Positions 53,060-64,000 of a stretch of 64,000 nucleotides of DNA are shown one piece after another. Positions within the stretch are counted from its first letter, which is position 1. Every line of letters starts with the position of its first letter. The notes under the pieces are model-generated. The model ran no database searches, was not told where the DNA came from, and worked only from the letters and a program-made list of their open reading frames with translations. The stretch is taken from contig OX597816.1 of NCBI GenBank assembly GCA_951406725.2, positions 107,012,001 through 107,076,000 on the forward strand, written 5' to 3'. Source of the DNA: Octopus vulgaris. Lineage: Eukaryota. A program made the position numbers and the translations under genes.

Positions 53060-53350
53060 TCAAATTTTGGCACAAGGCCAGCAATTTCTGGGGAGGGGAT
53101 AAGTCGATGACATTGACCCCAGAGTTCAACTGATACGAAAGAATGAAAGGCAAGGTCGACCGCAGCGGATTTTGAACTGAGAACGTAAAGACGTGCAAAA
53201 TAATGTTTCTTTCAGTTTCTGATTACCATATCCACTTACAAGTCTTTAGTCGGTCCAAGGCTATAGTATGCCCAGGCTGCAATGTAATGGAACTGAACCT
53301 GGAATTATGCAGTTGGAAAGTAAACTTCTTACTACACAACCATGTCTGCT
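53060..53350 (-). mobile_element. Old SINE B and SINE A fragments
   Basis: 53060-53200 is family B, 53205-53350 is family A. Confidence 0.7.
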
Positions 53351-53478
53351 CAGTTTAACACCATCATCTGGCACCTCATGTACCTCGTGTACCTAAGAAT
53401 TTGAGTTAGTTCTTCGGTTTAATAACTTCCTCTCTCTTACCACCAAACTAGGAAACCATGTAAAGGGTTACAGATACC

Positions 53479-53698
53479 TATTTCTTTATTACCCACAAGG
53501 GGTTAAACACAGAGGGAACAAACAAGGACAGACATAGGTATTAAGTCGATTACATCGACCCCAGTTCGTAACTGGTACTTAATTTATCGACCCCGAAAGG
53601 ATGAAAGGCAAAGTCGACCTCGGCGGAATTTGAACTCAGAACGTAACGCAGACGAAATACCGCTAAGCATTTCGCCCGGCGTGCTAACGTTTCTGCCA
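53479..53698 (-). mobile_element. Young SINE family B (tail 1) with 13-bp TSD
   Basis: GGTTACAGATACC at 53466-53478 and 53699-53711. Confidence 0.95.
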
Positions 53699-54384
53699 GG
53701 TTACAGATACCGTCTTCTCTCTTGCTTCTGACTAAAAGAGGAAGAAAAACCAGCAAAATACAGATGTAGCAGAAGGGTGAGATGCATTAAGTAGATGGCA
53801 TGTACGTGGATGTTTTCTAAAGTAGCTTCTAAATCTTACTCAAATCATACCTTAACGTCTTTGAGAAAAAGAAGACATTAAATAAAGTCGTCTCGGAAGC
53901 ACAGAAGCTGAAAAAAAACCAAAAAAAAAAAAACCAAACAAAAACCATGCTCACGACCTGAACTTCTCTGATCATGGGTCAACTCAATGAACGTTGATTT
54001 TAGGTTAGGTAATCAGAGAAAAAGAGAGAAAGAAACACATTTCAAAATGATTTCGGATCATGATTGATCTGTTGCTAAATGTCACGATTTCAATATTTCA
54101 GTTATACAGTGAATGAGAACGCGTCAAGTAAGGTTTATTTTCAGCATCATTTAGTTTTATCTACTTAACTGAACAATTGAAGTGACACGAAGAGAAAGGT
54201 CAAGAGATCACACCAACAAAGTCCGAGAGATAGTGCAGAAATTAAAGATTCTACATCGCATATTTAATATTATTATATTAATTTTTTGGTTTTCAATTCT
54301 GCGTATTCTCTTTACTTCATATTGTTTACACGCACATGTTCACATCTATCTATCAGCTAGGAAGCTAACTATGAATCTCGTCAT

Positions 54385-54670
54385 CAACACATCATCATCA
54401 CCACTTTTTCCCATGTTTTCTTTAGTCTTCTTATGAAAGTTCCTTTTCTTTGTATCGCTTATGACTTCCTTTACTGATCTGTCATCCTCCATACGCATCA
54501 TATGTTTGTACCAAAGTAAGTCTACTCTCTTGCACACGGCATCTGATTCTTATATTTAACTTGTCTCCCAGATTATTTGTCTCATGTCTTTCATTTACGT
54601 AAGACAAAGCATTCTTGCCTCATTTATTTACATCTCACCACATCCTCAGCATTTAATGCCCGTGTTTCAT
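54385..54670 (-). mobile_element. RTE LINE 3' remnant
   Basis: LLWYKHMMRMEDDRSVK, compare the RTE motif LRWYGHVMRM. Confidence 0.65.
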
Positions 54671-54868
54671 TCATCTCAAAATGCCCTCCAGCGGAATTGG
54701 CGAAGGCTCTTCTAGCTTCTTGGCTATCATCAGCACCGTGTGCTGCATGGTGCTAATTTATTGTGAGGAAACGAATATATCCAGAGTTATTTCGGGATTG
54801 TTTTTTCTTGCGGTACACTGTGCTGATGATAACCAAGACGCTAGAAATGCATTTACTGCTTTGCCGAG

Positions 54869-55062
<194 letters not shown>

Positions 55063-55303
55063 GTGCCTTGAAATGACTGTTGGTGTTTTTCAATAACTAT
55101 TGCTTAAAGCAAGGAATATTCTCAATGGCAAATAGCAGTGAATGCGGCTTTTCGACAGCACAAAAATGTCTCAAACATGTTTAAACTGATCTAAACGTTG
55201 TTTACTTGCAATATTGCTTTCGCGCACTAGATGGTCATTGTGACTCAAGAAAATATAAACCCACCACACAATTAATCATAATGAAAACCACTTGCACGCA
55301 CGC

Positions 55304-55364
<61 letters not shown>

Positions 55365-55370
55365 GTCTGC

Positions 55371-55424
<54 letters not shown>

Positions 55425-55642
55425 TAGTATATATGTATGTATGTATGGTGATTATAGTTTTCCTATTGTTTTGCAACACCGAGAAACAATGTTTTAGTTA
55501 AGAAGTAAGTGTAGTTTTTAAATTGTTAAGATGCATCCCTTTCTGTAAGGGCTAAATTACAGATTGTATCCTGAAATTACTGATGACACTTAACAATTTC
55601 CGTAAGCGCGAAATCCCACGAGGTAATCGTAACATGGGAGAT

Positions 55643-55988
55643 GCTGTTGAGACCCCCTTTGGTCATGACTGACCATGAGATTGCACCTAGAAAGTTAGCC
55701 ACAAGGTTAGGCACAAGGTCCGGGCAAGGTTGTTTATGGAAGACCAGCAGTCACGCATGCATACCAGCCTCCCCTCTCCACTCCACCGATGTTATCCAAG
55801 GGAAAGGCAAGGGCCGATACAGCTTGGCACCTGTGACGTCGCAACTCATTTCTACAGCTGAGTGAACTGGAGCAACGTGAAATAAAGTGTCTTGCCCAAG
55901 AACACAACACGCAGCCGGTCCGGGATTCGAACTCACAACTTCACGATCGTAAGCTCGACGCTCTAACCACTGAGCCATGCGCCTTCAC
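55643..55988 (-). mobile_element. tRNA-derived SINE family D with 11-bp TSD
   Basis: GGCGCATGGCTCAGTGGTTAGAGCG..GAGTTCGAATCCCGG. ACATGGGAGAT at 55632-55642 and 55989-55999. Second copy at 62147-62421. Confidence 0.9.
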
Positions 55989-56248
55989 ACATGGGAGATA
56001 CTTAGGTATTAGGGTAAAACTTTCGTATTCTGGGAATGTCATTGTACAACAGTACCCTCCAAATGTAGATGGAGGAGTCCGTGTCCCAACAGGCGGTGAA
56101 GCAGCTCTGTAGGAGTTACATTCCACTCTACCATGATCTAAGAGCTGCCCGGGGGTCACTCACCGATGTAAGTGACGAAACTTCCACACAGCAGCATGCG
56201 CTTTGTTGAATCAGATGTTGCGACTCTGGTCAGGTGTTTCTACCATCT

Positions 56249-56885
56249 TCAGTGCTCGCTCTTGGTCCACCACTCATTCTCTCCCTTAAACCACATGCAA
56301 TAACTTGCCTTCTTAGTGGCTTCCGACAATTTTCTAACATCTTTTATCTCCTTCACAACTAGTCCAAGATTCCAGAGCGTAGAATGAACACTGATTCAAA
56401 AAAATCCCCTAACATCTGTCTCTACACGAACGCATATTGCCTTCCAGTCATTGTTTTCACAACAGACTTCAACTAACTCACTTTTATTTTCCGTTTTGTT
56501 TTTAAGAAAACGTCTTCGATGTTTGTTCCCCAGGGAACCGTCAGCTCTGACGTCTTTACCACCTTACTTACATTCCACCGCAAGACAAGATCGGGTATTT
56601 TGGTAGGTAAGAAGTAGGAAGGGATATTTACTATCAACGTCAACAGAGATCTCCCAAGTCCCTTCTCTTCTTCCTTACAGTGGTTGGCTTGCAGCAGTCA
56701 TCTTGCCTGTAAGACTTTATCTTCCCATGCTCCACTATTTGTGGTCTTTCGCTGTTGTTAATTTGCTTTACCCTCTCTATCAATGCATTAACACATATTT
56801 TAAGTACTTTCTTATTCCACAACGTGTATTTGTGTTTCAGACCCGGTGAGCAGTTACAGAATGTGAGCTTCATCTATTCAGCTTT
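56249..56885 (-). mobile_element. Decayed HERO-type RLE LINE C-terminus
   Basis: [50 protein letters not shown]. Confidence 0.65.
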
Positions 56886-56894
56886 CCACATTTG

Positions 56895-56952
<58 letters not shown>

Positions 56953-56981
56953 CTCTCTCTCTCTCCCCCCACACAGGCGTG

Positions 56982-57026
<45 letters not shown>

Positions 57027-57092
57027 GTGTGTGTGTATATATATATATATGCATATATACACACATATATGTACATACATACATATATATAC

Positions 57093-57131
<39 letters not shown>

Positions 57132-57136
57132 TATTT

Positions 57137-57600
57137 GGGTACAGGACGTCACAAAACGTAAACAACATGAAATACGAAGACAAACTTGGGTATGCGAACA
57201 ACGAGAGAAACAAATGGCAAACAAGACAAGTAAGATATAGAACGACCCTTCATAAGTTGTTGGCTGTCCATCTACTCCTCATTTCGAGCATTTAACGATA
57301 ATATGAGGCTTTGAAAGGCAATTGCTCCGGCGAACCAAAATAAAATTTGGGATGTTCGGATGGTCGAAGTTGGTAACAAAAACAGGACAGTGGAGACATA
57401 CAACAAACAAAATGAAAACAAACATGGAATGCCGTTAGGCCAGTCTAGGTAAGATAGCGAACGCTGGAGGAATATTGACTTTGACAAGAGAAAAGATAGA
57501 AGATGAGACAGATAAGAATGCGTCTGGTCTGTACGACAGACTGAAAGAAAAGAAAGATTGACAATGGTCACGCGTGAGCAACGAGAGAGAGAGAGAGAGT
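57137..57600. repeat. Dispersed repeat inside (TA)n, related to 25525-25790
   Basis: See 25525-25790. This is the longer copy. Confidence 0.75.
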
Positions 57601-57739
57601 AAAGGAGAAAGAGGGAGAGAGGGATACATGTATATGTATGTTTTTAAATATATATATATATGCATATGCATATATACATATATATATATATTATTTATAT
57701 TATTATATGATTGAACGCCACGCATCCATTTCCAAGTGA

Positions 57740-57770
<31 letters not shown>

Positions 57771-57879
57771 CACACGTACATATTTACTTATTTATTTACA
57801 TGCACACACACACATACGTAATACTGGCACTAAAATGCTGGAGGCGTAAAATAATATTAAAAATTAGAAAAAGAACAAA

Positions 57880-57978
57880 GAAATGTCTTCAACAGATACC
57901 TGAAAATACAACTAATTTGAATCTAAGACTTTGTGTGGCGCCTTAAACTATTGTCTTGATTACCTGTTGCTTTGTTCA

Positions 57979-58043
<65 letters not shown>

Positions 58044-58205
58044 GTGCTGTTCATATATCTGTCTCTGAGTTTATTTCTATGAAGATTGTCTTCTCAGATT
58101 GTATTTTTATTCATCTATTTATGCTGTGTCTATTGAGTTTTGACAAACAAATTCTTTAGTTAGTTCCATCTGACAAAACCATTAGTCTTCTTCGATTTCT
58201 CTTCT
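57880..58205. repeat. Inverted copy of 24500-24785
   Basis: Direct comparison of the two copies. Confidence 0.8.
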
Positions 58206-58764
58206 AGCTAAGTACATTTTATCTTTGTTATAAAACTATAAGTTTATTTTAAAGTGTATTGATTACTAAAACTAGGAGTAGGTCACAGATTTGTAGAGAA
58301 TTAGGGCACAGTTGATTTAATTTATTATATACGTAAGACATTTCATTTATACTTCATTGAATGAAAGACGGAAACTGACTCCAATAAAATTTGAAATCAG
58401 AATCTTTGGGAGTAAGTTACCATGGTAGAATCGTCAAGGTGACTTTATATAAAATACGAAACTTTACATTCTGATGTCAAATCCTGTTGAGGTCAACTTT
58501 ACTTTTCATTCCCGTTAGTACCAGTCAACTTATGGGTAATTTTAATCGACTACCCCTTATTCCAACTCCCTAAATTTCAGGACTTTTGTCCTATGTTACT
58601 AACAATGTATTACCGAAGCAAAGATAAGCAAGTGAAACAACAAAACTAACAAACTTACAAACAAAACAATCTGAAAATTATTTTCAATAATTTCAGCTAC
58701 AATGTTGATGCAACCCATGTAAAGCAAAGACTTCTGATTAATCATAATTGCTATTGTGAATATC

Positions 58765-58945
58765 ATAAAAAAAGCAAACTGCTAGAAACAACAGTCAAAT
58801 ATCCATCAAATCGTACCCTTCTCTCTTAGGAAAAAATGAATACATTAGATCGCGTGGTCTTGTGAATACTGCGGATGGTTGAAAAGCAGAATATCCTTGA
58901 ACATAGTTTTGCTCGATCAAAAGCGGTCTGAGGCTAAACAACATC
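58765..58945 (+). repeat. Old unclassified dispersed repeat (weak relatives near 21990, 33175, 50530 and 53810)
   Basis: Loose shared pattern CTGCTAGAAA.A.CAG.CAAAT..TCAAATC.TACC.T..TCTT..AAAA..ACATT.GAT. Confidence 0.4.
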
Positions 58946-59207
58946 ATCTAGGAAAATGTTAATATTTCTATATTTATGATTGTGTTAGCTATCAAAGCAT
59001 GAAAGGAATGTATTTACATTTTTATAATTTCTTCTCACAGCTAGACTTTCTGATATTTAAATTTGCTTCAGTTCTTCTCATTCCCGCTGTGTTGGCGCAT
59101 AAAAATATATAATGTTTAATCAATGACAAGCCGTCAAAAGCACAGATGTGCAAATTAAGCTGTATTCTACGGTAACGGCTTAATTTATGACATCTTTATA
59201 TAGTAAA

Positions 59208-59606
59208 GGCGTAGGAGTGGCTGTGTGGTAAGTAGCTTGCTTACGAACCACATGGTTCCGGGTTCAGTCCCACTGCGTGGCACCTTGGGCAAGTGTCTTC
59301 TACTATAGCCTCGGGCCGACCAAAGCCTTGTGAGTGGATTTGGTAGACGGAAACTGAAAGAAGCCCGTCGTATATATAAATATATATATGTATGTATGTG
59401 TATATGTTTGTGTGTCTGTGTTTGTTCCCCCAACATCGCTTGACAACCGTGTGCTTACGTCCCCGTAACTTAGCGGTTCGGCAAAAAAGACCGATAGAAT
59501 AAGTACTAGGCTTACAAAGAATAAGTCCTGGGGTCGATTTGCTCGACTAAAAAGGTGGTGCTCCAGCATGGCCACAGTCAAATGACTGAAACAAGTAAAA
59601 GAGTAA
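59208..59606 (+). mobile_element. SINE family A
   Basis: Full length. Confidence 0.9.
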
Positions 59607-59789
59607 CTGAATATTCCATGCTATCGGATGACTGAGGCTGGAACATGGGTACGTTTTCTTTCGAGGAGCAGTCATCTAAGTATTCAACGACTCGTCGGGA
59701 GACTACCTCGTTTTATTACGCATATCAAAAGCATAGAAGGTATATGCTTACATTGTTATATTTTCTTCTCACAGCTAGAATTTCTAATA

Positions 59790-59925
59790 TATTTCCACAA
59801 CAGAGCAAATTTTTCTTGTGATCCCAAACAACGATATCTGGACGGTTGTGTTTTAAATTAGTGGATGTTTTGATATTTTTAGTTCTACCAATATTCCTTT
59901 GATCCATCTGTGTCAATATAATCAA
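59790..59925 (-). mobile_element. RLE LINE endonuclease fragment
   Basis: DGSKEYW..IKTSTNLKHNRPDIVVWDHKK. Confidence 0.7.
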
Positions 59926-60721
59926 TTTTGCCTGTTAGTATTTTCTTTTTCCTTATCCTGTTCCGCTTGTAAGTATGCATGTATATATGTGTGTGTATGC
60001 ATGTATGTGTGCCTGTATGCATATGTGTGTATGTATATATGTTTGTGTGTATGTCATTATTCAGCTTTATTTCAAGATTTCTTGCCAACAGAGAAAGAGC
60101 TGGTTTCTAACCTAGATCCAAGGCTCCTTCGTTGGAATTTCAACTACATCAACAGGCTAGTTTTGCATGTATGTGTGCATATGTGCAGTATTTGAATTAG
60201 TGCATATGCAGATTTGTTATACTTTGTTTTATGTCTGTATTTTCATACATATAGCTGCATGTCTCGGCATGCACTTGTATGTATGTATGTATGTATGTAT
60301 GTATGTTTGTATGTATGTATGCATGTATGTATGTATGCATGTATGCATGCATGCTTATATGTATGCATGCATGCTTGTATGTGAATACATGTTTGTGTGT
60401 GTGTGAACAGTAATTATTTTACGCGTATACACGAACATATATTTCGTTGCACATCAAAGCGGATTATATCCGAAAATTAATATACTGTAATGAAAAGACT
60501 TGATTGAATATTCTATGTTAGAATATTCTATACGTTTCCTTGACAATACTTTAAACACATCACCCATTTTATTTTAATCTCAGTTTCAAAGACCCCTCCC
60601 CTCTTTAATCTTTAGGTCCCTATAAGTGTTTATATATGTGCGTCTTTGTATATATGTATGTATGTGCGTGTGTGTATAATATATATATATATATATATAT
60701 ATCAATAGAGAGATAGAGAAA

Positions 60722-60792
<71 letters not shown>

Positions 60793-60990
60793 CTAAAGGT
60801 TCGTTGTTTATGCATATTTACATATAATGTACGTTTCCATTAATAGAAAAAAATTGTAAAACTTTTGTTATCTCCATTCTAACGACAGAACTTTGTATCT
60901 TTGGTTGAAACCAGCTCCTTCTTCACAGGATCATTTCAAATAATTAAAAATCGAAGAGAGCATGCGTGCATGCATACATACATACATACA

Positions 60991-61021
<31 letters not shown>

Positions 61022-61960
61022 GTACATACGTACATACGTACGTGCGTGCGTGCGTACGTACGTACGTACGTATATGCTGCACATATCAATGCTTCTCGAA
61101 TACCAGGTTTACATTATTACGTTATCTTTTTTTTTATTTTGTCCCATCCCTGCTTATTTTGTCATTTGTCTTCTACTCCACTTCACATCTGTTATTCACT
61201 TCTGTTCACTTTTCCTCTTATGTTGAATGTATGTTTTAAACTTTGAAAATGAAAAAACAAATATTTTGCTGGATAAATTTTCGCTCACTTCTTTATTGTT
61301 TGCCAAGCAACATACGGAGAAATCTAACAAAATTAATCTTGCATGCAAGAATCTAAATTACCTCTTAAAATACCAAGTTTTTCTCCTTCCCTTAATTCTT
61401 ATTGATTTTGAAATATTATAACGTAAAAACAAAAGTTAACTTTCAAAAATATTTTTCATTTTTGAATATTTTTGAATATTTTGAAATTTTTGCTATTAAC
61501 TTTCATGTCAAGTCGATCTTGAGTGCTACTGGCAACATATTACCCAGAATAACTTGTTGCTTGTTAGGGTAGGCGGCGACTATACCGGTTGCCCCACCAA
61601 GCTTGTTTGGTGAGGAAGGTGATTTTTGAACACTCTGCGATACGAAAAACAGAGCCTGTGTAAGGGCGGAAGAACTCATGAGAGTCAAATGCCACCCAAC
61701 AGTGTATATATATATATGTATATAACATCTGTGTGTATATATTCTTTAATATCATATAGTTTTTATATTCTTTTATATTCTCTCACCCACCGGGTCTCTA
61801 AGTGGCGGATAGGGGAATGGTTCTAGAGCGTTGCTGTGAATAGAGTAAAGGGTAATACGCTAGCTACTCGTCGGGCCAAACATACCTTATGTATATATAT
61901 GTGTACCGTTGGCGATTTTTTTCCTCTGTCTTCCCTTCTCTGGATCTTTCCTTCTCCTAT

Positions 61961-61995
61961 GTTTCCGACGAAGAGCTCCGCTCGAAACATTAAAC
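61961..61995 (+). ncRNA. Minimal hammerhead-like motif in a putative Penelope-derived repeat (about 61770-62095)
   Basis: GUUU CCGACGA A GAGC-ucc-GCUC GAAA CA U U AAAC. A decayed relative lies on the minus strand at about 19040-19142. Confidence 0.55.
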
Positions 61996-62146
61996 CCTCC
62001 ATCTTTCCTTCTTTCCTGAGCGTCCAATAATACTATATTTGTTCCACGTCCTTGCGTTGTTGTGTTTTTTTGTGCTTTCATGTTTGGATTAACTTCATAT
62101 ACATATATACATACATTCATACATATACATACACGCATGGATACAT

Positions 62147-62421
62147 GAATGACCATGAAATTGCACCTAGAAAGTTACCCTCTGAGGCACAAGTCCGAGC
62201 AAGGTTGTTTATGGAAGACCAGCAGTTACGCATGCATACCAACCTCCCCTCTCCACGCCACCGATGTTACCCAAGGGAAAGGCAACTCATTTCTACAGCT
62301 GAGTGAACTGGAGAAACGTGAAATAAAGTGTCTTGATCAAGAACACAACACAACTGCCCGGTCCAGGAACGGAACTCACTTCTTCATGATTGTAAGCCCG
62401 ACGCTCTAAACACTGAGCCAC
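62147..62421 (-). mobile_element. SINE family D, second copy
   Basis: Collinear with 55643-55988, with an internal deletion. Confidence 0.85.
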
Positions 62422-63699
62422 ATAGAATAATCAACTCTGCGCCAAACACGAGTTGCGCTTGGGCAAGACATAACATAAACCATTTAGAGTACGTAGCTGG
62501 TGCAAGTTTCGAAAAGCTGATGTCATCTAGACTTTTACAAGGAGACATGTCTCAGTTAGCGAGAACCCACAATTTGCAGGAAGGGTATGCAACTCCTGTG
62601 AGTATCAACTAATGCGAATCGGAAGGGACCGAGTAGTTATCCGGCCAAAATTTAAATTAGTTTATTTTAGAAGTATAATGTGTTTTGTTAGGTTTTCAAT
62701 ATTTTTGCTTCATTCTTGCCTGATATTTGCTCTATGTTTTGGCATTTTTGTAGCACTGTATTTTATTTGTCACCATAGGCGCAGGAGTGGCTGTGTGGTT
62801 AGTAGCTTACTAACCTAACTGATTGAAGAGTTCGCATTTTTCATGCAGCTTGAAAGTCACGTCTTGCGACGTGAAAATTGGACATTTTGGAAGCATGACT
62901 ACAGACAGGCGTTTGTTGTTTTTTGAGGGCTTAGTGGAGTTTGTTGCCCTGTATTGAATAGCTTTTTGGTGAGCAACGGTCTCCACTCTGCTCCAGACAT
63001 TTGCTTGCCTGTGGTCGTCCATAAAGACTCACTTTGCAGCAAGAATTGTGTTTTTAAGGAGGCGTAGCTCCTCCACAAAAATTAATTTGTTTACAAAAAT
63101 TGTCTTCGTGTCTGAGAATTTCCACTGGATTACCAAGGCAGGAACGACTATTTTTGCAAGGTGGACGTGAGTGTGTTGGCTCTGTCCAATATTGAACTGA
63201 AAGAAAAAAAGAACAACATCAGCAGAAGACCGTAGAGGTAGGTAGATCTTTTTTCGGTTGAGCTGGGTGTAATTTGTCAAATAGTAATTGTTTGTATGTT
63301 GATAAATTTCGCCCAGCTCTGTGGCAATTCTGCCTGCTGTCGGGGGCTGCTGTTTGTTGTTTTTTGTATTGGAAAAAATATGGGGGGGGGGGGGGCTATC
63401 TTCGCCCGAACTCACTGGATTCTGCCATTGAAACTTGTTGAAGTTGGCCAGGAGTACCTGTTGGGCATTGATGTTTGTTGTGTGAACTGTTTTTCTTTTC
63501 TCTATCCTTCTGTTTTTTTCTTTCTTTTTGGAGCTGTTTTTGCGTTTCTTTTGAATTTTATTTTTTATTCATTTTTTGAACTAACTTGTTCTTTTTAAAA
63601 CTAACTTGTTATTTTTTATTCATTTTTTAAACTAACTTGTTCTTTTGGGACTTGTTAATTTATTGGGACTTTCCTTCTTCTTTTGAATTGATTTTTAAC

Positions 63700-64000
63700 A
63701 TGGCAAATGCAAAAAGTGCCTTAGAATGAGAGGTGATCCCACCTAAGCAATGGATTGAAAGCCTTGAGAGAAGAACGGTAGTACTACGGACCTATTCTAG
63801 GTCGCGTGACCCTTCGACAAGGGTATTATAAATAAAGAGCTGGCAAAATGCTTGCCAGCCAAAAATTATTATGTAATCAGGGGTGTCAAATACGCCACGG
63901 TATGGCTACTTTTCGACACTCCTGAGGAGGCTTGAACTGTGGCAGGCCAGCCCCTGGAAGGGGAGGAGATTTTGTTTCTTCCCACATATCGTGGGAAGAA
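63700..64000 (+). pseudogene. Probable decayed ORF1 start of an L1/Tx1-type LINE, running off the window
   Basis: MANAKSALE*..LERRTVVLRTY..YVIRGVKYATV..TFDTPEEA*..PLEGEEILFLPTYRGK, preceded by a T-rich leader. Confidence 0.5.

Noticed and set aside
55915-55985. tRNA-like sequences (also at 134-195, 26600-26670, 51476-51545 and 62360-62421)
   Set aside because: They have A/B boxes but continue into SINE bodies, one with a TSD, so they are SINE heads rather than tRNA genes.

Overview
AT-rich, microsatellite-saturated eukaryotic DNA with no recognisable host protein-coding gene. The repeat families look like a coleoid cephalopod, probably Octopus (my recognition, not a search). Nearly all identifiable content is nested transposable-element debris. 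It includes several tRNA-derived SINE families (about 40 copies), five mariner remnants, a fossil hAT (Charlie/Buster) transposase, a Chapaev3-like element, a non-autonomous Helitron, two TIR/MITE elements, and LINE fragments of the RTE, CR1, L1/Tx1, R4/Dong and HERO types plus Penelope-like GIY-YIG elements. The only long intact ORF (39259-40758) is the 3' half of an R4/Dong-type LINE sitting in (TAA)n. Most other listed ORFs are microsatellite artefacts. The most interesting signals are: (1) at least five unrelated minimal type-I hammerhead-like motifs whose core positions 3 and 8 covary (C-G, G-C, U-A); (2) a SINE family that swaps 3' tails and shares one tail with an L1/Tx1 LINE in the window; (3) several local fold-back/inverted duplications; (4) a CpG-decayed domain at about 18-29.5 kb.
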